Origin: Selaginella moellendorffii
Taxonomy: Eukaryota; Plantae; Lycopodiophyta
Length of the DNA: 64,000 nt
Reading direction: 5' to 3'
Assembly (NCBI RefSeq): GCF_000143415.4
Contig: NW_003314268.1
Location: 604,128 to 668,127 of the forward strand
Program-made: the position numbers and the translations under genes
The notes under the pieces: generated by a model
What the model saw: the letters and a program-made list of their open reading frames with translations, nothing else
Told to the model about the DNA's origin: nothing
Database searches by the model: none
Shown: piece after piece, positions 23,060 through 33,530 of the stretch
Layout: every line of letters starts with the position of its first letter
Position numbering within the stretch: position 1 is the first letter of the stretch

Positions 23060-26000
23060 TGATTAGAACACAAAAGTATTCCAAGTAAGTTATCATCTGA
23101 TAAACCAGTATTATAGTAGATAGGAACCACCAAGATCATCAAAATTGGTAAACATAGGAATGACCATCCAACAAAATTCAATAGCAAGTGTATTATCAAG
23201 AAAACTCAATGACCAAACGTAACTATCAAAGATTGCAGATAGAATACCAAACAGCTTACGAAAGACAACTCAAAGAACACAAAGTATCATTGACTGATAA
23301 GCAAAATGCTCACGAATGTATCACCCAAAGGAAATAACATCCAAATCTATCAAAACTAACTTGAGCAACAATCAATAGAAGAGAATGAATGTGGTAAGAC
23401 CAACAAACACTCATTCCTGCCAACTATCACAAAAGCTAATCTGAATAGATCCCAGCCAACAATACCAAGGAACTCAAGTTGCTGAAGCAAGTGTCAGCAA
23501 CATCCTACTGATGTCTCAAACCTAAGAAACCAATCCAGAGCAAATCACAAAGAACATGTGATATTGCGAAAAGCCACAAGCCATCAAAGAGAACAACTAA
23601 CTACCATAAAAGATCATCAATCATCCTATCAATAGAGAAATGCATAATCATCATCGAAGAAAGAATCCACCATCTCAAAGAATGGCAAATCATTCTATAT
23701 CAACAATAATCAAGCAAAGCCTTTTTGATAAGGATAATCAACTATCCTAGATGATAGTTAATCATCACCAATGATTGCCATATGCAAATACTAACTTCAA
23801 CATTGAAGCTAAAGAGCCAAAAATGCCTTCCCCAACAACTTCAAACAAATGGACCACAAGCATGAAAACTCAAGGAACCAAAAGCTCGAAGAAGTCTATA
23901 GCGAAGTTTTTGCCTAACAATGATCACGAGTCTCGCATGAACTAACTTCAATGCTAAAGAAGAAATCATGGTACAACCCACAATATCCTCCTCAACACAT
24001 CCATAAGCTAAACTTCATAATGCAAAGCTAATGAAGAGCATGTCTGCATCAATCCAAAAGCTAAGCATAACGAAGCTATGCTGGACAAGTGATCACCAAA
24101 CGATCCTCCATGAATCCATCCATAGCAAGACGTAACTCACTTCATAACAAGCACAAAAAGAATCATCAATGATTCATATATCCCAATGCAAACCCAACAA
24201 GGGACCAACATCTTCAATATCAATCACTAACTCTTCATCTTGTAGAGTTAGCATAGTCCATGACTAAATCACTTTTCAAGGAAAAGCCAAAGCTTAACCC
24301 TTACTAAATAATCTCGTCTAGAACACAACTAACTCAAACTTGTCACTCAGTTCATTTGAACGTCAACACAGTTGCTAACTAGCAAATGCACGAATGCTAA
24401 TAACACAAAGCCATAGCCAAATCATCAACACTATCTTTATCAAAACTAATGAAGCTCGACATCAATCTTGCAGAGAGACATCTCATTTCACTAAAATTTC
24501 AACATCAACAATGTCAACGATAAGGCATCACTTCAATACCATCAACACTAGAACAAAGCTAGAAGAAAGCACGAGTGAATCACCACTCAAAGCTCTCTAG
24601 CAACTAAGCTAACCAAGGTCGAAGATACTTTAGTTAGTAACCGAGACCAATCCTTTAGCAAAACTCAGTTATAGATAACACTTCCTCAAGGAGTGAATCA
24701 CCATGTCCAAGACTCCATGAAATCCAACACTATGAACTAAACGCAACCAATTGATATCGACAGAGGTAGAATCAACATACCAACATGGTAAACTCATGTA
24801 AGTCTAACGATACGATCCTCCGCAACACCATCCGGTAAAGCAAACCCATCAGTGCTAAATCTTCATCGAGCGAAGCAAGTGTTAAACAATCCTCGATGAA
24901 GTCTACAAGCAATCATTAGTCGCAAAGCAACTAACCATCACTTTTTCAACTTGCTTTCACGAGATCGAAACACTAAACTCACGTCATTTAGTCATACACT
25001 TGTCCAACATGAACGTGATACCTCAGGTACGAGATAAAGTTTCATAGACAAGCACGAACTAAATGACCACTCAAATCCAACTCAACCGCGATAAGCTCAC
25101 CAATGCATTTAGTCACTAGCTCTGAGCATGCCTTGAAGAGGCTAGCTATGCATAATCAACACTCAGTCGAAACTAAAGTGAAGACCATATGATGGATCCA
25201 TATCAGTACACAACCTCCTTATAAACAAAGCTATAGTACGGGTACTAACATCTCAAACTCAAACAACTAAGTTGGACATCACTATCCTCAGCCAAGGCGC
25301 AGGACCACCAAGTCCAAGTCAAGATCAGTGAGAGCTCACTACTCTCATAGAGTCTAACAAATTGCCAAGTGCAATTTGCCACTAAGCATAACGCTACAGA
25401 AGAAAGGCACAAGAGTCACGTTTCTTAGAAAAGCGCAACAGCCACTTTTCTACACTAACTCCAGACTCTATCCAACTCAATTGCCTTAGCCCCAAAAGTT
25501 AGCATCCCTTTTGGGCTGCATCATACAAACTATCTACTAAGGTCTAAGCTAACCGAAGTCAACTCCAACCCCTTCACTAGTTTGTATTGGCTTATGAAAA
25601 CGGAATGGTTTTCGAGCAAAGTGATAACAGATCAGCCATTAGAAAAGTCTAAGAAAATTTGTGGAAAATCTTCCAATCCTAGAGAAAGAATAACTCTCAG
25701 TCCAAGAATGCAAACTTTCAAGACTCAACCAACTTCCTCCTACTAACAACTTCACATAGGTTCACTTCAACACAAATTCTCATGACCCATAGTATGCTTA
25801 AGCATCGAACATCTCTTTTTGCCCATACTTTCGACATCTAACACCGACATCCATAAAATGCAAATGGAACATCCAAGGCTTGATCACGAAGACCACATCT
25901 TTGGATATCCACATTGCACTAACACTCTTCTTCAACCACCTTCAAGATCCAATGTGAAGCTAAAACACTAACAAGAAAAATGACATGGAAAATCAAGCTC

Positions 26001-27421
26001 TAAGGAAAATCCTCATCACTTGAAACAACAATATCACTTCCACTAACACAAGTGTTAGCAATGTCAATGCTTCAACTACACACTTTCTCCATCCAGCAAT
26101 CTACTCCAAGTGCTAACGGATCAACTGATGAGCTATAGCAAATGAATGCTATAACCTTCTTCCAACACGTTATGGGCAACTCTCAAGGAAACAAGCTTAG
26201 CATAATGGACCACCACTGAGAATCCAGTCAAAGCTACTACAATGCTACTTCGTGCAAGTAGACTAGCTTCACCATCAACCACTTTGGGGTTGATCATCGT
26301 TTACCCAAGCAACTTCGTAAACACATTGCTCATTATCACATGGATATGATATAGAAATCACAATGACTTGATCACCAATTGAGCAACACCACGAGCAATG
26401 CCAATGTCATTACTTCAAAGGTTTATGTGAGTATCAAGTGTCAACTCGATTCGACAAAATGCAACATAAATGCCACACTCTACCGATAGAGATCTATAAC
26501 ACCCAACACCACTAACTTTTGTTCACAACACAGACAAGCCCATACCACTCGCTATCCGATCAAACTCAAAACTTAACCCAACACTAAGCTACTCAAGGAG
26601 CAATAGCTAGGTTCCCCGAAAAAGAATTGAGCATTGCAACCCAAGTCTTCCCATAGCAAACCTAGACAAAATGGTTTAGCGCTTCACCGCTATCCATCCC
26701 ACAACTCACCATTTGTAAGACTATCATTTCCAACATGCATTAAGATAGGGACTCTTGATTGCATAATGTGAACACGAGCAATGAGTCACACCTCGTTGCA
26801 AATCATCTCTCCAAGAAGAAAAGATGATTTACGTGTTTGATCCTTCGTCCCTGATAACTCTCTTTTCGGTCTCATCTTTGACTAAACCTCAAACTTGCGT
26901 TCGCACTGCTTTCAGTCCAATCCAAGAAAAGTTTATGAGAGAGCACGGCAATGATTACTTGAATCAATAGACTAATCCCTACAGTCTTGATTGATCCACT
27001 TGTAATCATGCCTAGGAAGGATCTACTAGTGCCGTGCTAAACAGCTACGGACCAGCCTATTTGCCACTCATAGCAAACTCAGGGAAGGTTTGCTTTTACC
27101 AACGGTACACGGAACAACTCATGGAACCACCGATAGCCTAACATTAATCCTGCCAACCCAAAGTTTAATCTCGAGTTGCTAATGTGCTTCACTCACGAGC
27201 CCAAGCGTAAACTCGTGCTAACGGAGCATCTCAAATCCATCCTATGAGCCCAAGAGCAAGCTCACATTATTAGGTACAAAAGGTAACCAAATCCATACCC
27301 AAGGAACAATTGCGAACCCTTTGCACCAAATGTGTACCCACTCGGATCATCGTTTTCATCTCTGCGTATGCAACGAGACTAGTTGCCCAATCTCATTGAA
27401 TAGTACTCGCTGAGACTCATC
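23060..27421 (-). pseudogene. Extremely degenerate Ty1/Copia gag-IN-RT-RH
   Basis: Remnants occur in Copia order on the minus strand: SWAHRM (gag, ~27250), CDNEQ (~RSDNG, ~26330), LPITCWKKVIAFICY (~LPKxFWxEAvxTAcY, 26133-26180), WISKDVVF (~ISRDVVF, ~25900), SLVAR (~RLVARG, ~24605), YRLLRAFGSL (~YRSIVGSL, ~23890). Confidence 0.65.
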
Positions 27422-27434
27422 CTCTGATACCAAA

Positions 27435-28577
27435 TGTAGCGCACGTGGTTTTGACCCTTTATCCTATGGTGATTTACCATAGGATAACACCACGAAGCGG
27501 AACCTAAACCCTCCTTGTGCCACGTGACAAATGCCACGTGTCACATGCCACGTGTCCATGCCACGTGTCCACGGGAACCCGAGGTTCAGGGCCTTGGGCC
27601 ACTGAACGAAGGAACGGTGCCAAACTCCCAAACATGGAGCCAAGGAGTGACGGAACCGAACCACGGAGCCACTCCCAAGCATGAAGCCCAAGGAGCGAAG
27701 GGACAGGAGCCCGGAGCGACTTGGAACAGTCCTAGAGTAACCAGCATCCCAATGCCAGGACCAGCACGCAAAACGGAGCCAAACGGAGTCTGGCGCTATT
27801 TCAGCATACCGGTGGCCTAACGCGAGGACATGGGTACTCCACCAACTAGCATGGAATGGAACTTGGGCTTAGACCCAAGCCGGACGCAGAACAAGGACAG
27901 GCACGCAAGCGGGAGCTAGACTATGCCTCAGGTTGGTCGGCCATGCCCGACCTACCCACTATCCCTACTATACATTTGGAACCCCCTATATCCCCCCCCC
28001 CTTGAGGAACACACGCTTTGGGCTTTCACCCCAAGCCTCCCTTAGTATCAGGAGTTAGTCTCTGGGACAAGCTCGAAACTTACTAAATATGGAATGTCCC
28101 TAGATTGCGAATTTGGACATGGGACGAACACCATTGTGTTCAGGACGATCTCTACATTCCGTAGATATGCCAAATGAGCAAATCTGGACACTTCCCATAA
28201 ATAGCATTTGGGACCGAAATGAGACCAACACAAAGGGCATGATAGCGAGGGTGTTTGGCAGACACGGTAAGCTATCATCTAGCAATATTGAGGGACCAAG
28301 CTCAATATCACGGGGGTTCCCAACACTAGCAAGTGCAAGTCAACGAATGAGTTTCTCTAACCAGGTCAAGTATGCTTGACAAATAGCACGTAGGAATTCC
28401 ATCCTTATGCCCATCTGGTCAAGTGCACACGCGAAGACCAGTTTCTCAACTAGCTTAGGCGGAGACTGATAACAGGCCCAGCAATACCGACCTCCTGCCA
28501 TCGTGGCAGTAAGGTAAGAGTGTCCGTAAGGACTAGTCGACAGGTAACTTTCGATACCCGAAGTCACATGCGCGACA
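27435..28577 (-). repeat. 5' LTR of element A
   Basis: TGTAGC...GCGACA with the adjacent iMet PBS. Confidence 0.95.
27518..27570. promoter_or_regulatory. Four tandem G-box/ABRE motifs in LTR-A (also at ~22010-22063)
   Basis: TGCCACGTGACA-AA-TGCCACGTGTCACA-TGCCACGTGTCCA-TGCCACGTGTCC; the reverse complement contains GACACGTGGC. Confidence 0.6.
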
Positions 28578-29084
28578 CCTACAGGGAGTCGGGCGTAGCT
28601 CCTTACGCCTGGTCGACCTAGCTAACCCATGCTAATTAGCTTACCTTCAGCGCGCCTTCGGGTCCCAACATATGCCATTGCTCAACTTCACAAATTGATA
28701 CTTTAATTGAACTTTGCATAAGTACATAGAGTTCTGCCTTGCAGAAATTCCTCCACTAGATCTCACGCGTTCGCTAGGTTTTCCTCCGGTTCCCATGTTG
28801 CTTCGCAGTGTGGAAATCCTTTCCACTTCACATGGAACTCTCTCACCTCACGTCCTTGTCGCTTGCTCTTGCACGCATTGAGGATGGCCTCGACTTCGTA
28901 TTCCTCTTCCCCTTGGATAACCTCAGGTAAAGGTCTTACTTGGTCCTTGCGAAGCGGATCCTCAAAATACGGCTTGAGTAAGTTCACGTGGAACACGGGA
29001 TGCATCTTCCCCATCTCTCGAGGAAGTCGGAGTCGGTAAGCCACTTTACCGATTCGAGCCTCAATCTCGTAAGGCCTTGCAAAC

Positions 29085-29136
29085 CTGCTTAAGGAACTCA
29101 AGATTAATTCATTTACAGGAATACATGCATTTTTAC
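29085..29136 (-). other. 52-bp GT-AG intron in the integrase C-terminal region
   Basis: CAAAG|GTAAAA...TTAAT...AAGCAG|GTTT. Removal gives KLTQRFARPYEI and joins ORFs 29133-29537 and 28763-29101 in frame. Confidence 0.85.
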
Positions 29137-29554
29137 CTTTGGGTCAACTTCCGGCTGATCCCACTTGGTAGCCTGAGGTTCTTAGTGTTCAGCCACACCT
29201 TCTCCCCAGCTTGGAACTCTACATCCCGGCGCTTCTGGTTCGCGTACTTAGTTTGCCTTTGTTGAGCCCGTTCCAAGGAATCCCTCACTAGATTCCAAAT
29301 GTTGAGTCTTTCCGCCGTGAATGCCTCCACTGCGGGTAACTCTCCATGATACTCGGCCATGCCGAGTTCCACAGGACCTTCAATAGCTCGCCCATTGATG
29401 ACTTCCCATGGACTCACCCCGATACTCAAATGTGGTGAGTTGTTATAACACATTTCCGCAAGTCCCAAATGACTTACCCAATCGGTCTGGTCTCCCGAGA
29501 CATAGCATCGCAAATAATCCTCCAGCTGCCTATTCACCCTTTCTGTTTATCCGT

Positions 29555-29601
29555 CTGTCAAGAAGTGTTAGTGCCACTAAACTTTACTTAATACCCCATA
29601 C
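29555..29601 (-). other. 47-bp GT-AG intron in the integrase catalytic core
   Basis: ACAG|GTATGG...CACTAAC...TTGACAG|ACGGA. Removal restores STAYHPQTDG(Q>stop)TERVNR in frame. Confidence 0.85.
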
Positions 29602-32600
29602 CTGTCTGTGGGTGATAAGCTGTGCTGAATTTCAACTTGGTGCGATACTGTTCCAAGAGAGTCCTCTAGAATCTACTAGTGAAGATCTTATCTCGATCTA
29701 AGATGATCTCTTCTGGCCTTCCCCGTACTCGAACCACTTGTTCGAAGAATAGCTTCGCCACACCTTCCGCATCCACTTCTGTTGTGGTGGGTATGAAATG
29801 TGCCATTTTCGAAAATCGGTCCACCACCACGAATATCGCATCAAACCCCTCGCTTGGGGGAAGTCCTGTGATGAAATCCATCATAAGACATTTCCACGGA
29901 CGATCTGGAATTGGGATGCTTTGCAACAAGCCCCCACTAGCTTTAGTCACGGCTTTGACCTGCTGACATGTTGGACATGTCTTTACATAGTCTTGGACAT
30001 CCTTAACCATATCTAGCCAATAGTACTTCCTCTTGAGTAAGCCCATCGTCTTGGGCACTCCGCCGTGTCCCGCAAGAGGTCCGTCATGACACTCTTCTAA
30101 GGTTACCTTCCTTAGTTCCCCTTCTGGAACATACACCCTCGTTTGCTTGTAATAGATGAGTCTGTTGCGTTCTGCATAGCCCGTTTTCTTTTCCGTTGGC
30201 AGCTCACCTCTCTGGTGAGCTTCCCGTGCCTCCAGATTCCTCACCAACACTTCTTGTGCTAGACCATCGTTCTCATATGCTGTCCGCACATCATCCCAGA
30301 AGGTTGTTGTTGCGCTGGATATTGCCAACCTCAAGCTCGCTTTTCGACTTAGCGCATCCGCCACGATGTTGCTCTTCCCAGGCTTGTACAGAATCTCGCA
30401 ATCAAACTCGGCCAAGGCATTGGCCCACCGACCTTGTTTCCCTCTCAGGTCGGGCTGTGACAAGAAGTGTTTCGTTGCCACATTATCCATGTAAACCTTG
30501 AAGTGTCTCCCAAGGTAGTGTCGCCACTCCTTGAGTGCCTTGACCACCGCAAACAATTCCTTCTCGTGGGCAGGCCACTTCCGTTGAGCCTTGTCTAACT
30601 TCTTCGAGAAGAACGCTACTAGATGGTTGTCTTGCTTCAAAACTGCACCCAACGCAAAGTCCGAAGCATCCGTTTCTACCTCATAGTCCCTACCAAAGTC
30701 TGGTAATGCCAACACGGGAGCCTTCCTCAACTTCCCTTTGAGGTGGACGAATGCCGCCTCACATTCCGCTGTCCATACCATCTTCCCTTTTCCTGTTTGG
30801 TCCGTTAAGGGCAGGGCTACTCTCGAATAGTGTCTGATAAACTTTTGGTAGTAGTTGCATAGCCCCAAGAACGCCCTGAACTCATGTACATTCGATGGTC
30901 GCTCCCATTCCTAGATCGCTTGGACCTTCTCCGGGTCCACCTTGAGCCCGTCCTAGCCCACCACATGCCCGAGAAACTTTACCTCTTGTTGAGCAAAGTC
31001 ACATTTGCTCTCTTTAGCATACAGTTTGTGTTCCCTTAGTTTCTCAAACACCTTCGCCAAGTGTTCGGCATGCTCCTCTAGCGTCTCACTATAGATCAGG
31101 ATGTCGTCGATATAGACAACCACGAAGTGATCCAGATATGGTACAAAGATGTGGTTCATCAACGCCGAAAACGTTGCCGGTGCATTGCACAGCCCAAAGG
31201 GCATCACCAAAAACTCAAAGTTCCCATACCTCGTTCGACAGGTTGTCTTCTCGACATCTTCCTCAGCTACCCTGATCTTGTAGTATCCTGACCTTAGGTC
31301 AATCCTCGAGAAGTATTTTGCCTTTCCCAACCTATCGAATAGGTCCTCAATCCTTGGCAAAGGGTACTTGTTCTTCTTTGTATACTTGTTGAGCAACCGG
31401 TAATCTATGCACATGCGCATAGATCCATTTTTCTTTTTCATAAATAACACCGGTGCCCCATACGGCGACTTGCTCAACCTAACATACCCTTTGTCCACCA
31501 ACTCCTCTAATTGGCACTTGAGCTCCTTGAGTTCTTTTTCGTTCAAATGATAGGGGGGACGAACCACCGCCTCAGCACCCTCGACCAGCTCAATCTTATG
31601 TTCTATTGATCGTGCGGGGGGCAACCCCACCGGTAACTCCTCTGGCATGGTATCCTGGAATTAGTCCAACACCCGTCGGATCACTAAAGGTACTTCTTCC
31701 GTTCCTGTCTTTTTGTCACTCTTCACCGAGAGTAAGCACAAAAATGCTACCTTAGTTCCTTTAGTGAGTTGTCCTCTCGTGGACACCAGGTTTAAGCAGG
31801 ATTCTTTGGCTTTGCTTTGCCCTACCTTTAGATCCTGGGCCTCCACCCTAGATCTTCTTCCTTAGGCATTCGCCAGTACCACAAGGTTCCTACCTTGTCC
31901 ATGCAGGGCTACCACGAACCGATTGAACCATCCATTCCGAAGATCACATCAAATCCCGCCATATCCAACACGGTGAAATCCATGTCTACTTTCCATGTCC
32001 CTACTTCGACTCTCGCTTGTCGAAGTACCTCATCGGTGCTTTGGCTACCTTGAACAAACTCTATAGTCCTTGGTTCGCCTAGCCGTTGCACCGTTAGTCC
32101 GGCTTGCCGGACTATGTCTGCAGCCACAAAATTATCTGAAGCACCCGTGTCAATAAAGATCTTAACAAAGCTACCTCCGAGCTTCCCTCGGAGGGCTAGT
32201 AGATGTCGCGAACGACTCTCTACCAAAGTTGCTCATGTAATGAGTAACTTTGAGTTAGAGACTGGATCACATACCTCGGTTTGGACTTCACCCAACTTGA
32301 TGGCCATATTGGCTCTGGCCTTCTTCGAGTAGGGACATTCCCTTGAAAAGTGTCCCGCTTCACCGCAGTTGTAGCATACGTTGTTTCCCACGCTGCTATA
32401 TGACTTGACCTTCTTATCCGTGGGTTTGTCTTTTTTCGCTTGACTTCCCCACGTACTCGCTCGCTGACCACCGGATTTGCCTTTCCGGAACCCCGAGGAC
32501 TCATTCTTAGAGAAACTCTTGAATTTTCCCCTGCTATACGTTCCCCTTGGTTTGGCCCCTTTGCTAAATGTGGCTCCCAACCCCGTCGTGTTCCCTTTTC

Positions 32601-33514
32601 ACAAATTATCGTTGAAGTGCACCTTGATGGCCGCATCCAACGCTTCCTTGTAGTTGGTCGGGTTCCAGCGCATCACCTCACCGCGAGCCCAAGTTTGCAA
32701 ACCTGAAATGAAGGCATGGAACGCATCCATATCCCCCATGTCCGTGACAAGTATCCTCTTTGCCATGAACCCATTCACATATTCCTGGATGGTTCCAGTC
32801 TGCTTTAGCCTACTCAGCTCATCTCTCAGATGCAGAGTGGCATTCAGAGGAACGTATGTTGCGTGGATCCTCGCCTTCATCATGTCCCAAGTGGCCACTG
32901 GTCCTTCGTTGGCCTCCGTCGTTCTCCACCAAGACTTGGCATTATCTGCCAAGTATGGTTTTGCACATTGGACCTTCTCCGAGCTCGGTAATCGCAACGC
33001 TCGGAAGTAGTCCTCCATATCGTAAAACCAATCCTCCACCACCTTATAGTCATTCACTCCCTTGAAGACCGGTGGGGGCTTTGGTTTGTACTTGGGAACT
33101 GCCTGAGGGATTGATTCTACTTTGGTCTGTTCGACCTTGTTTGGTTCTGCCTCAGTCCCTACCGAAGGGTCCGCACCTTCTGCACTGCCAGCATCCGCAA
33201 TCTTTCTCTTTTTCTTCCGCTTCTCGTCATGCTTTAGCTTGCATACGAGAGTCTCCAGTAGGGCATTGGTCTGTGCCAACTGTCCTTTTAGCATGTCCAA
33301 TCGAGCCTTGGATGACCGAACCTCACCACCGGACTCCTGTTTAGAAGTTTCCTCACTAAAGTCTTCCTTATGCAAGGATTCCTCATCCATAGCCTCTTGT
33401 TCGACCGGAGGCTCCAACTCTGGCGGAGGTTCTGTCTCCGCCTGGGTTCGCTTACGCCCTACCCTTGCCATCTCCCAGCAATCCGCCTCTATCCTTTGCT
33501 AGAACTGAGGAAAA

Positions 33515-33527
33515 GGCTCCGATACCA
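33515..33527 (-). other. Primer binding site (tRNA-iMet) of element B
   Basis: TGGTATCGGAGCC, 3 nt downstream of the 5' LTR end. Confidence 0.92.
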
Positions 33528-33530
33528 AAT

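Larger units (their letters stand above)
21935..28577 (-). mobile_element. Nested non-autonomous LTR element A with decayed Copia-type interior, TSD CCTAC
   Basis: LTR pair ~99% identical by eye. CCTAC at 21930-21934 and 28578-28582. PBS TGGTATCAGAG at 27422-27432. Confidence 0.93.
28704..33471 (-). pseudogene. gag-pol polyprotein of element B (single frame with nonsense mutations, one 1-bp deletion and two introns)
   Basis: Gag 33471-32599, CCHC knuckle CYNCGEAGHFSREC, protease [33 protein letters not shown] zinc finger and MDFI/DRD core, chromodomain EYEVEAIL...FHVKWKGF...ATWEPEENL. Stops are CGA/CAA/CAG/TGG-type transitions. Confidence 0.95.

Noticed and set aside
28688-28740. Third intron (GC-AG) after the chromodomain
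   Set aside because: AT-rich and of suitable size, but the donor AG|GCAGAA is weak and there is no conserved downstream protein to test the frame.
32233-32601. Programmed frameshift or readthrough between gag and pol
   Set aside because: The ORF pieces are in the same frame, separated by TGA codons best explained as CGA>TGA mutations like the other stops.
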